Virus record (IMG/VR): IMGVR_UViG_3300036821_000216
Span: 1-44,496 of that record
DNA length: 44,496 nucleotides
Reading direction: 5' to 3' (one strand)
Origin: a virus
Lineage: Duplodnaviria; Caudoviricetes
A program made the translations under genes and the position numbers. A model generated the notes under the pieces. It did no database searches, had not been told where the DNA came from, and saw nothing but the letters and a program-made list of their open reading frames with translations. Positions 18,780 to 27,708 of this stretch are shown one piece after another (within the stretch, counting starts at the first letter, position 1; each line of letters begins with the position of its first letter).

Positions 18780-19994
18780 TTAGCTGCCAGAACCAGGTGC
18801 AGTGAATGCACCGTAGATGAAGGCTTCCGGACGCTTAACAGCCAGTGCCAGACGTTCTTCGCAACGAATCGAAATCATATTCTTTTCGAAGTCGTCGGCG
18901 TTTTCCGTACTGATAACGACGTTGGCGTCTTCACGATCGAAGAGCTGTGCAGCAGCGTTGAAGGCACCAGTGAGGAATTTCCCCTGGAATGCAGCTTCTT
19001 CAGTGGCTACAACTGGTAAACCCCACAGAGTGGGCCCAATCAGGGCTGATGGGTTAGCCAAAATGTAGCGCCCCAGCGTATCTTTGGTCAGCTCTATCTT
19101 CGCCCAGTCGATGAAGTGCAGGACGTGCCCAGAAGCGGGGAAACGCGCCAATTGCGCTTGCAACATTGCCAGACGCAGATCATCGATTCCGCTTTGCTGT
19201 TCAACAGTAAATGCAGGATCGAATGCAGTTGCCTGCGGCACAATGCCGTGAAGATGTACGCCGGTACCATCGCCGAAGAGAATTTCCTGCTCTTCAACAT
19301 ATTTCAGGCCGTAACGCATCTCTGCATCAATCGTCGACTGTAGTTGAGAGAAGTCATCGAGGATCTGTTTCGATGCTTTGAACATATGAGCAATAGTGGT
19401 AACGGCTGTGATTTTAGTGGCAAACTCAATACCGCTGTATGGCTTGGCGGTTCCTTCCGCAACGACCTTCGCCGCATTGGTGAAGCCGGTTTGCTGCACC
19501 CAGAAAATCGCCGGTGCCCCTGTGCGACCCGGAGCAATCAGATCGCGGATGAATAAGCGCTGTTTCGGCGCAGTATCAATGCCAGGCAGTCGCTGCGGTT
19601 CAACTACACCGTCGGCGACATCCGGGGATAATAAGGCGGCGTTAACAGGGATATTTACACGCTTACCACCTTCTACACTCGCCGCGAAGCTCTTCAAAGC
19701 TTCGGAGCTGATCACCACTTTACCCACGGTCTCCACAACCTTCGCGGCATTGTTTAAAGGCATGCTGGCAACATGCTGCTCCAGCTCACCCATCGCGGTT
19801 TTCAGCGTTTTGTTAGCTTCGGTCAGCGAGTTGAACTCGGTGGCAATTTTATCTACTGCCTCTTTTGTCTGCGCAGAAAGCTGACCTGAGTTTTTTGCTT
19901 CTTTTAAAGCATCCTCGGCCTTCTGACTGAACGTGCCGGAGACTTCTTCGAGTTTCGCGGATACTTTTTTCAGTAATTCATTAACGTCTGACAT
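18780..19994 (-). CDS. Major capsid protein, HK97 family with delta domain
   Basis: Coiled-coil N-terminus; ASKQILDD...EEQEILFGDG...EERLALAVKRPEAF; ends APGSGS. Confidence 0.95.
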   Translation of the reverse strand: MSDVNELLKKVSAKLEEVSGTFSQKAEDALKEAKNSGQLSAQTKEAVDKIATEFNSLTEANKTLKTAMGELEQHVASMPLNNAAKVVETVGKVVISSEALKSFAASVEGGKRVNIPVNAALLSPDVADGVVEPQRLPGIDTAPKQRLFIRDLIAPGRTGAPAIFWVQQTGFTNAAKVVAEGTAKPYSGIEFATKITAVTTIAHMFKASKQILDDFSQLQSTIDAEMRYGLKYVEEQEILFGDGTGVHLHGIVPQATAFDPAFTVEQQSGIDDLRLAMLQAQLARFPASGHVLHFIDWAKIELTKDTLGRYILANPSALIGPTLWGLPVVATEEAAFQGKFLTGAFNAAAQLFDREDANVVISTENADDFEKNMISIRCEERLALAVKRPEAFIYGAFTAPGSGS

Positions 19995-20003
19995 GGTAAT
20001 TCC

Positions 20004-20852
20004 TTATTTGCCGAACGCGGCCAGCGCGTCTTCAAGTTGTTTGATGTTTTCAGGGTTAGGATTATCGGTAGCGCTCGGCTTACCTTGGTGATTGTCAGTA
20101 GCGCCCGGCGTACTGGCAGATAAAGATTTGAGAAGTTTTCGACGCTCTGAGCGCGGGGTATTGGCTTTCGCTAACAATGCGTCAAGCTTACGCAGCGCGG
20201 CTGCCGGGCTTTCATCACCGTCAGAGATTTCATCTGCAGAAAGAAGCCGGTCAGCAAAACCTTTCTCGACCGCATCGTTGCCGCCGATGTACGTTTCGTT
20301 GTCCATCATTTCTGACACGGATGAAGCATCAAGACCGCTTCGGGCAGAGTAAATATCCTGCATGGCGCGGTCGAAAGGCTCCATATCTTGAGCGGCCCGG
20401 GCAAGGTCATGCCGGTTTCCCATCGTGTAAACCCAGCAGTTGTGGATCATCAGAAAAGCGCCGCGCCCAATCTGCACTTCATCACCGGCCATCGCGATAA
20501 TTGAAGCGGCGGAAGCAGCAAGGCCCAGTACCTTAACGGTGACTTTCCCGCTGTATTCGCGCAGCTGGTTGTAAATTGCCAGCCCTTCGAACATATCGCC
20601 GCCCGGCGAGTTGATACTCACCGTGACGTCTTCCCCGCTCATTGAGCGAAGAGCGCCAGCAATTCGGTTAGCGGTAACCCCATCCCCCCAGTAATCAGAA
20701 CCAATGACATCGAAAATAGAGATCGTGTTGTCGTTGCTGTTGGCAGCCTTAATGCCACCGTCCCAGCGATCCAAAGCGGCCGGTGATAACTCGCTGATGA
20801 CTTTCGCGCACGGGCGCCCCTCCGGCGCAGCCGGAAGATTCTTTAATGACAT
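20004..20852 (-). CDS. ClpP-like head maturation protease
   Basis: INSPGGD, LAASAAS, MIHN, EAVEKGFAD-type motifs. Confidence 0.92.
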   Translation of the reverse strand: MSLKNLPAAPEGRPCAKVISELSPAALDRWDGGIKAANSNDNTISIFDVIGSDYWGDGVTANRIAGALRSMSGEDVTVSINSPGGDMFEGLAIYNQLREYSGKVTVKVLGLAASAASIIAMAGDEVQIGRGAFLMIHNCWVYTMGNRHDLARAAQDMEPFDRAMQDIYSARSGLDASSVSEMMDNETYIGGNDAVEKGFADRLLSADEISDGDESPAAALRKLDALLAKANTPRSERRKLLKSLSASTPGATDNHQGKPSATDNPNPENIKQLEDALAAFGK

Positions 20853-20862
20853 GGGATGGCTC

Positions 20863-22167
20863 CTAAGCCGCCTTTTTCAGCGGGGAATGTTCGAAAGAAA
20901 TATCGGGGAACAGTTGGTTATGGAGCTCGAGCAATGCGTTTGCTCTCGCTGCCTGGTTGTTTTGGCGTAAATCTTCAAGCGCGGTAAGGTTCAGCTGCAC
21001 GGTATAAATGTCGCCGCCCGGGATCGGAGGCAGATTTTCCAGCCTGCGGACATCGTTGCGACTCATCCAGCCGTTCTGCAGGGCAGTTGTGTAATACGCT
21101 GCGCGGCCAGCGCTGTCAGCTCGGAGTAAACCTTCTACTGAGAATTCAGCAAAATAATCTTCGTCATTCCCCAGCAGGCAGCGCGCTATCTCCTGCTCGA
21201 TATTGACCAGCAGCGGACGGAGGGTATTCGTCAGGAATAAAAGGTTCATGCCTTCGACGCTGGACGCCCAACTGCTTTGTTTGGTCATGTGCCCGACCAT
21301 AAACGGCGGGATCCGGAACCAGCGGCAGATTTCTTCAATACTGAAAGAGCGGCTCTCCAGCATCTGAGCGGCCTCAGGGTTCATCGTTACCCCCTGATAG
21401 GTCATGTCGCCTTCAAGCACCATGACCTTACCGGCATTCTTTGAACCTACAAACGTACTCAGGTTTTGCTTTAAACGCGCTCTCTGCTCTGGGTTTATAT
21501 CTGTCTTCGCGCTGATGAATCCTGAGTTCTGTATGCCGTTCTCGAAGATTTTCGCGGCAGATTCTTCAACCGCCATGGCCGAGCCAATGACATCACGACC
21601 GGTCATCATCGGCATCATGCCGCATACGCCATCCAGCCCGAACCCGCGAATATGCATCATGTTTTTCACTGGGATAACACGCTGACCGTTTTTATCGGTG
21701 TATGTGTATTGCAATTGCCCGTTATCTAAGCGCTTAACGACCATGTTTTGCGGTAACAGCGGGTTAAGACCAACCACCTTTTGACCGATCATCAGCTTTT
21801 CAATGAAGGCATTTCCCCGCATGCAGATGCTGGCAACGAGCATTAGCATAAATCTTGAAGGCGTCATTTCCCCATTGGGCTGCTTACAGAGCACTTTATA
21901 TGCTGGGTGGTCTGTGGCCAGCGCCCGCGAGCCGTCCTTTTCCCGCTTATAGACTTTCAGCGGCAGCGTTGAGACCGATTCACTCAGCAACCGTGCGCAG
22001 GCCCAGACGGCTGACAACATGATCGCCTTATCGACGGTCACCGTTTTACCGCTGCTGCTGGTCCCCATCCACTCTTGCCAAAATGTGCCGGTGGTCAAAC
22101 TGATAGGTACACCGAGCCAATTTAAAAGGGCGCTTTTTACGCGCCCTGGTTGTTTTTTGGATTTCAT
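20863..22167 (-). CDS. Portal protein, HK97 family
   Basis: SAVWACARLLSE.VSTLP; EEICRWFRIPP; LLRADS. Confidence 0.93.
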   Translation of the reverse strand: MKSKKQPGRVKSALLNWLGVPISLTTGTFWQEWMGTSSSGKTVTVDKAIMLSAVWACARLLSESVSTLPLKVYKREKDGSRALATDHPAYKVLCKQPNGEMTPSRFMLMLVASICMRGNAFIEKLMIGQKVVGLNPLLPQNMVVKRLDNGQLQYTYTDKNGQRVIPVKNMMHIRGFGLDGVCGMMPMMTGRDVIGSAMAVEESAAKIFENGIQNSGFISAKTDINPEQRARLKQNLSTFVGSKNAGKVMVLEGDMTYQGVTMNPEAAQMLESRSFSIEEICRWFRIPPFMVGHMTKQSSWASSVEGMNLLFLTNTLRPLLVNIEQEIARCLLGNDEDYFAEFSVEGLLRADSAGRAAYYTTALQNGWMSRNDVRRLENLPPIPGGDIYTVQLNLTALEDLRQNNQAARANALLELHNQLFPDISFEHSPLKKAA

Positions 22168-23897
22168 CAGACACCTATCATTATCGGATCTTCGAAGAAG
22201 TCGGTTAAGTCCTGTTTATCATCGCCGCCGTTGACCAGTAACCGGCTCTTCGCCGTAAACAGTGCAACCGGTCCGTCGATTTTGTTTTCCGGGGTCGATT
22301 TATTCGGGAAGATATTGTCGTTTTTGTCAGGTTTAACCGTGACGTTTGACATCATCCAGGTCATCACAGGATTGCCGTCGTGGTGGATTTTGCTGCCGTA
22401 GACGTCGGCCTGAACTGACTTCATGGATTCAGACAGGTTTTTTACCGTCTGGGCAACTTCGACCAGCGGTAATCCCTCTTCGGCCAGCGCCAGGCTAAAC
22501 TGCGTTGCGCTCCACGGGTCGAAGGCTATTTCTTTCAGGCTTTCTCCTTTCACCCAGGCTTCAACCTCGGCTTTGATATAGCCGTGGTCGATAACATCAC
22601 CATCGGTTAAATCCAGATATCCGGCATCAGCCCATTTCCGGTAGAGCTCTGAAATATGCTTCGGTGCGGTTTCCAGTCGTCCTTCGGGGATCCAGAATTT
22701 CGACTTGGTGTGGGTGTGTCCGGATGGAGAACGCCACGTTTTAACCGCGGCGCAAATATCAATTTTGTTCGCAAGATCGATACCTACCCAAAGCGGCCAC
22801 TTACGCAACTCATCATCGGGCGCAATATCTGCACACTTCGCCCAGCGGTCCATATCCATCCAGGCACTTTCAGCCGTCACCCAGATATTTAGATGCTTCG
22901 TAAAGAAGTTCGGACGGGCGGCGATCTGCTCTTTCGCCTTTTTTGCCAGACGGCGCATATCGTCCCAGCGCTTACAGATGCCAAGCCCCGGATTCGCCTT
23001 CGGCCAGTTCTTTTCATCGAACGGGTCGTCGTCTTCATCTAGCGTGTAAATGACAGCAAAATAAGTGTCATCGTCCACCACGCCGCGCAGCACTTTTATC
23101 GCGTAGTCGCGCTGTTCGAAACAGATACCCTCTTTGTTAGAACCAGCTGTCGTAATGGCAAACAGCAATGATTGAAGACGCGCGCCGGTGGCCGTTTCCA
23201 ATACGTCCCAGACGTCACGGGTGCGGTGAGCGTGAAGCTCATCCACGATCCCGCAATGAATGTTCAGACCGTCGAGGTTATTTGCGTCGCTGGAAAGCGG
23301 TTCAAACTTTGAGGCTGTTCTCTCCTGATGGATGTTCAGTTTGACGTGACCAAACAGTCTGCCCAGTGTCCGGGGGGCTTTCTTGATCATGTTCTTTGCA
23401 TCATCGAACACGATTCTGGCCTGGTCACGGGTGGTTGCAGCTGAGTAAACCTCGGCGCCGCCCTCTCCATCCGCGCCAGTCATGTACAGGCCAATACCCG
23501 AGGAGAGAGTCGACTTTGCGTTTTTACGCGCCACCTCGTTATAGGCCGTACGGAAGCGGCGAACCATAATTGCATCACCGTCTTCATCGAACATCTGCTC
23601 CCCGGTCATTTCATCGATCAGAGGGATAACGAAGCCAAAAAGATTTATAAGAATGAAGATGTCCCACGCCATCAGCTCTATTGGCTTGCCTGCCAGTGCG
23701 CCTTTTACGTGTGGGACGAAGTTATAGAAATCGAGGATGTGCTGGGCGCGATCCTCACTGAAGTAGACGCCGCGTTCCGGCCCATGCTCTAAATCGTTAA
23801 GGAATCGTTGGCACGAAAGCCGCACCAGTTCGCCAGCAACAATCTCGCCGGATAGCACGCGCTCGGCGTACTGGATACCATCCGAAACCGTTGCCAT
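22167..23897 (-). CDS. terL: Terminase large subunit
   Basis: Walker A VARKNAKST, Walker B IVDELH, ITTAG, GIDLA, KIDGPVA. Confidence 0.95.
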   Translation of the reverse strand: MATVSDGIQYAERVLSGEIVAGELVRLSCQRFLNDLEHGPERGVYFSEDRAQHILDFYNFVPHVKGALAGKPIELMAWDIFILINLFGFVIPLIDEMTGEQMFDEDGDAIMVRRFRTAYNEVARKNAKSTLSSGIGLYMTGADGEGGAEVYSAATTRDQARIVFDDAKNMIKKAPRTLGRLFGHVKLNIHQERTASKFEPLSSDANNLDGLNIHCGIVDELHAHRTRDVWDVLETATGARLQSLLFAITTAGSNKEGICFEQRDYAIKVLRGVVDDDTYFAVIYTLDEDDDPFDEKNWPKANPGLGICKRWDDMRRLAKKAKEQIAARPNFFTKHLNIWVTAESAWMDMDRWAKCADIAPDDELRKWPLWVGIDLANKIDICAAVKTWRSPSGHTHTKSKFWIPEGRLETAPKHISELYRKWADAGYLDLTDGDVIDHGYIKAEVEAWVKGESLKEIAFDPWSATQFSLALAEEGLPLVEVAQTVKNLSESMKSVQADVYGSKIHHDGNPVMTWMMSNVTVKPDKNDNIFPNKSTPENKIDGPVALFTAKSRLLVNGGDDKQDLTDFFEDPIMIGV

Positions 23898-23900
23898 TCA

Positions 23901-24374
23901 TCATTTGCGCTTTTTCAAAAATTCTTCGAGTGGGTCAGCTTCCCCTTTCCCTTCGCTGCTGACTTTGCTGCGAGCGGCTGGGGTCATGCCGAATTCAGAC
24001 ATCATTGCCCGCAAACGTTTCCAGGCATCGGACATCATCGCAACCTGTGGATGAGCTTTTACTAACGTCTCACCCTGCATGTTCGTTACGTTGTAGGTCT
24101 CGCCAACCTGGTCAATCACATCACGGTGTTTTCGCCATTCAACATACGCGCCGATCAGAAGTTCCAGCGCCATGCCATCAAGCTTGGTGATCACATTGGA
24201 GCAATCCAACTCTTCCCCGATCCGTTTGAACCAGTACTTTTCCTGCTTGTTAAAATGCTTCGGAATTTGGGGTACCCCAGAAGGGGGTTTTGGCTCTGCC
24301 TTGTTCAAGGCCCTTTTCGATGGGTTACCCTTGACCAAACGCAGAGCTGTCGGGGTTCTCGGCGGTCCGGACAT
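23901..24374 (-). CDS. terS: Terminase small subunit, P27 family
   Basis: PTALRLVKGNPSKR...AHPQV...EFGMTPAARSKV. Confidence 0.92.
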   Translation of the reverse strand: MSGPPRTPTALRLVKGNPSKRALNKAEPKPPSGVPQIPKHFNKQEKYWFKRIGEELDCSNVITKLDGMALELLIGAYVEWRKHRDVIDQVGETYNVTNMQGETLVKAHPQVAMMSDAWKRLRAMMSEFGMTPAARSKVSSEGKGEADPLEEFLKKRK

Positions 24375-24439
24375 GATTGAAAACTCCTATTAATCGATCC
24401 TCAGGGGACCCCTAAAAAAGATTTGTAACCTGCGGGTGT

Positions 24440-24470
24440 GTGACAAAAACTTAGGCGGCGGTCCTGAAGC
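24440..24470. other. Probable cos site
   Basis: Minus strand GGACCGCCGCCTAAG between HNH and terS, the position and CGCCGCC core expected for HK97/SfV-type cos; cut site not determined. Confidence 0.55.
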
Positions 24471-24518
24471 GCGAAAGGCCTGAACTCTCAACCCGCCCTC
24501 CTCGCCTGATGATAACGA

Positions 24519-24872
24519 TTATCGTTTGAGCCGTTCACGGCCTGTTTTCGCCCGATGGCAAGGCCAGCACAGGCTTTCGAGGTTGTCTGGGTCATCGGTA
24601 CCCCCATTGGCTTTCGCAATGATATGGTCGACGGTTGTTGCTGGTGTGATCCTGCTCTGTCGTCCGCATTCTTGGCACAGGTGCTTATCACGACCGAGGA
24701 TCAACGGTCTGAGTTTGTCCCAGTTGGTACCATAGCCGCGCTCATGTCTTGATTGCCCTCGCTGATACTGGGTCCAGCCTTCATTGCGGTGCGTATCACA
24801 ATAACCAGAACGATCTGTTGTGGTACGCCCACATCCGTGCTTTCTGCATGCTCTGGGGATTGCATTTGGCAT
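24519..24872 (-). CDS. Terminase-associated HNH endonuclease (HK97 gp74-like)
   Basis: RDKHLCQEC...VDHII...NLESLCWPCH.AKT. Confidence 0.9.
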   Translation of the reverse strand: MPNAIPRACRKHGCGRTTTDRSGYCDTHRNEGWTQYQRGQSRHERGYGTNWDKLRPLILGRDKHLCQECGRQSRITPATTVDHIIAKANGGTDDPDNLESLCWPCHRAKTGRERLKR

Positions 24873-24980
24873 GGGATTAATCACTTTAAGTATGTGAAAA
24901 TATTTCAAGTTGAAAATTTATAATTCATCCCAAGATCAATATTGCCTCAATCCTGTGGCGTTTTCGTTCAAGGTAATAAG

Positions 24981-25160
24981 ATGAGTTTAAAACCTGGTGA
25001 AAGCAGTGGGAAGGACGGTGGCATCTACCGCGAGATTGGTCCTCGCGGTGGTAAAACCGATAACTATTCAACAATTCCAGATGGTCATAAAGCTCCTCCG
25101 ACTACTCGTCCTGGAGCAACTTGGGAGCCTGTAAAAAGAACTCCTGACAGCAAAAGATAG
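24981..25160 (+). CDS. YjzC-like small protein, antisense moron
   Basis: KPGE..GIY.EIGPRGG...PPT..PG.TW pattern; AAGG upstream; terminator downstream. Confidence 0.7.
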   Translation: MSLKPGESSGKDGGIYREIGPRGGKTDNYSTIPDGHKAPPTTRPGATWEPVKRTPDSKR

Positions 25161-25169
25161 TAACTAAAT

Positions 25170-25193
25170 AAACCGGCCTTAGGGCCGGTTTTT
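25170..25193. terminator. Bidirectional terminator
   Basis: AAACCGGCC-ttag-GGCCGGTTTTT. Confidence 0.8.
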
Positions 25194-25194
25194 C

Positions 25195-25791
25195 TTACTT
25201 ATGACTTAGCCTCCACGCGCGACGCCGTTCTAGCCTTGGCTGATTGTCAGGGTGACGCTCAACTGTCTCGCCGTCTGCATGATCCACCAGCGAGTAGCAG
25301 GGATAGATTACCTTGCCGCCCAGCGCGTCACCGACTGCATAGTCAGCTGCCTTGGTGCGGTTCCAGTTCTGCATGATGCGACTTAGTCCGCTGACTGGCG
25401 GGCTGTAGCACACGCCATGAATCAGCCTGTCCATCGTGATGTAATCGCTGCGACGTTTGTCAGCCTCAATCAGGCTCGCTGCTATCTGCTGCTGATACTG
25501 TGGCGGGCGGCCGGTGCCCAGATAGAAACTGATGAGGTTATCGGGGAACCGGCTCACCCATTCACGAACTAAAGCAGTGAAGCCAGGCAAAGGAAGCGCA
25601 TCATCTTCCAGTATCACCACGCGGCAATTCTGCTGGCTTGCCCATTCGATAGCCCGCCTGTGATTCCAGTTGCTACCGTGGTCGCCTTCATCAATAAACA
25701 GGTGTGCGTCCAGAGTGTCAGCGAGGCAAGTCGCCATGTCCCGGCGCTTGTGGTGCCCTACAACACAGAAGGTCACTTGTGGCGATACCAT
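25195..25791 (-). CDS. GT-A fold glycosyltransferase (GT25-like)
   Basis: NHRRA...VVILEDDA (DxD-type) ...SFYLG...SLVDH; overlaps the end of the upstream GT gene. Confidence 0.75.
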   Translation of the reverse strand: MVSPQVTFCVVGHHKRRDMATCLADTLDAHLFIDEGDHGSNWNHRRAIEWASQQNCRVVILEDDALPLPGFTALVREWVSRFPDNLISFYLGTGRPPQYQQQIAASLIEADKRRSDYITMDRLIHGVCYSPPVSGLSRIMQNWNRTKAADYAVGDALGGKVIYPCYSLVDHADGETVERHPDNQPRLERRRAWRLSHK

Positions 25792-27230
25792 GCGAACTCC
25801 TTACCCATACCATCATCGGATTTAAAGACGGTGTGAACCTTTGGCCCCGTAACAACACGGTCACCGAATGACTTTGCAGCCATGCCAAACGCGCCCATAT
25901 CAACCGCGGTCGCTGGCGCTGTTTCCATCTTCCAGAACCGCTGGCTTTCGATGCGGTAATGCAGCCTGATGATCCGGTGTGCAAACTCCATCACATCATC
26001 ACGCGAGCCGCCGAGGAGACCAGCGTTAAGCAGTGGCTCATCGCGGTGCTGATCAATGAACTCGCCATATGCAAGCCCGTGATGATTGGCCTTCATCCAT
26101 CCGTCGGCGTAAGTCTTATGCTCAGAGCCAACGTATATCGTGCCGGGAACCATCTCAGACCAAGGCTCACGCAGCATTTCGACGTCAGTCCCATCCGTAC
26201 ACCACACGAACCGGTATTCTGGATGCGCCCTGAGGTACTGATAGATGTGGACCCAGCGGGCAAAGTACGGGCTCATCTGAACCGCGGGCACGTTAACCAG
26301 AGAAGCGCCAGCAGGTGCAACACTGAGCTGGTCGGCGAGCACAACAGCGTCGGCGCCACGAATCGAAGACGACCAGGCAGAAAGCACTGCTTCATCTGGT
26401 TTCATCGGAGCGGAGCGCTGTGGGTCAGGCTGGCTGGTAAGCAGTGTCGTAATGACCACATCACGTTCACGCCGATAAGGGGCAAAGCCGGTATAGCCAC
26501 TGTCACGCCTGCTGTTGTAAATTCCGACATTTCGCTTTACCAGCGCCTCACGGTCAGGCCGAGGAACAGAGCGCTCGACCGTCATGTGCTCATCAAGTGA
26601 ATGGATCAGCTTTTCCGAACCCGTCACATCAGCAAACGCCCACGTAGACAGACCAACGTTATGGATGCGCAGAGCCAGATCGGGATGCTCATACATGCCA
26701 CGACCATAAGCCGGGTCAAAGCCGCCTACTTTCTCAATTGCGCTGCGGTGGTAATAGAGCATCACCCCGCGCTGGCCGGTATAAGCAACGTGCTTTTCAT
26801 CTCGATACAGCACGGCCATATCTTTCAGCTTCTGTGCGCCAGCCAGATCGAGAAATTGGTAAGCCAGGTGAGGCTCGGGTGACTCGACGTATGGGACGTG
26901 CCAGTTATCACTGATCGGATAGGCATCATCGTCCCACAGGAAAAGGTGCTCACAGCCAGCATCAATCAGCGCCTCGAGACTCCGGTTCTTCGAAGCCACA
27001 ATCCCGAGTGATTTCTCATGCCTGATTATTTCGATACCTACGACGGTAGCAAGAGGCATTGAACCATCATCAATCACTACCAACTTGGCACCAGCAGGAA
27101 TATATTTAAGGTGCTGTTCAATTGTCCTTTTCAAAACATCAGGACGATTGTGAGTGGTTATGGCAATGCCTATGCGCGAGTCTGAATTGCAAGCAGGGAT
27201 ATAGGGGATGCCATCAATAGTCACCTGCAT
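25773..27230 (-). CDS. Two-domain glycosyltransferase (GT2 N-terminal domain plus a second GT-A domain)
   Basis: GT2 motifs IAITTHNR, VIDDGS, FLWDDD, VGGFD; second domain WCTDGTDV...LLNAGLLGG. Confidence 0.88.
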   Translation of the reverse strand: MQVTIDGIPYIPACNSDSRIGIAITTHNRPDVLKRTIEQHLKYIPAGAKLVVIDDGSMPLATVVGIEIIRHEKSLGIVASKNRSLEALIDAGCEHLFLWDDDAYPISDNWHVPYVESPEPHLAYQFLDLAGAQKLKDMAVLYRDEKHVAYTGQRGVMLYYHRSAIEKVGGFDPAYGRGMYEHPDLALRIHNVGLSTWAFADVTGSEKLIHSLDEHMTVERSVPRPDREALVKRNVGIYNSRRDSGYTGFAPYRRERDVVITTLLTSQPDPQRSAPMKPDEAVLSAWSSSIRGADAVVLADQLSVAPAGASLVNVPAVQMSPYFARWVHIYQYLRAHPEYRFVWCTDGTDVEMLREPWSEMVPGTIYVGSEHKTYADGWMKANHHGLAYGEFIDQHRDEPLLNAGLLGGSRDDVMEFAHRIIRLHYRIESQRFWKMETAPATAVDMGAFGMAAKSFGDRVVTGPKVHTVFKSDDGMGKEFAWYRHK

Positions 27231-27312
27231 AAAAACCCCAGAATTTAATATTTTGTGATTCAATACTCAAGGTCATGAAAACCCCATTCCAACATTTAAG
27301 GACTATAAGAAA

Positions 27313-27705
27313 ATGAGTAAAGATGAAAGTAAGTTAAATCGTACAGTGGGTATTTATATTGAACATGCTGAAAACAGTGTTTTTGATGGTGTCGAAAATT
27401 TCGGATTCGACACGGGCATGCATCTCGGTACATCTGTAAATAACACATTCAAAGATATAAGAAATTTCAGTCGCGAGGCGTTTAAAATAATTGAAGATAC
27501 TCAGGCACAACTCGCTCGTCTTGAAATTGACAAAAAATTCCAGCAACAGGTACAAGATCAGCTAAACGATATTAAAACTGCTACGAGTAAAGAAAGTGCA
27601 ACTACTTCTTATATGAAGCTGATTTCTTGTTTATCAGATCACGTCACTGTGCTTACACCTATTCTTCCTCAGCTTTTCTTGCTAGCCGGTAAATTAGCGA
27701 GTTGA
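27313..27705 (+). CDS. Hypothetical protein, AT-rich antisense moron
   Basis: 130-aa ORF with AAGGA RBS, opposite to the late operon. Confidence 0.7.
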   Translation: MSKDESKLNRTVGIYIEHAENSVFDGVENFGFDTGMHLGTSVNNTFKDIRNFSREAFKIIEDTQAQLARLEIDKKFQQQVQDQLNDIKTATSKESATTSYMKLISCLSDHVTVLTPILPQLFLLAGKLAS

Positions 27706-27708
27706 CCA

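Noticed and set aside
5532-24393. Numerous plus-strand ORFs across the late region (e.g. 6761-7159, 19396-19884)
   Set aside because: They are antisense shadows of well-supported structural genes, with no RBS or recognisable motifs
25195-27230. gtrABC-type O-antigen conversion locus
   Set aside because: No flippase or polytopic membrane transferase, proteins look soluble, and the locus is not next to att; other host-surface roles remain possible
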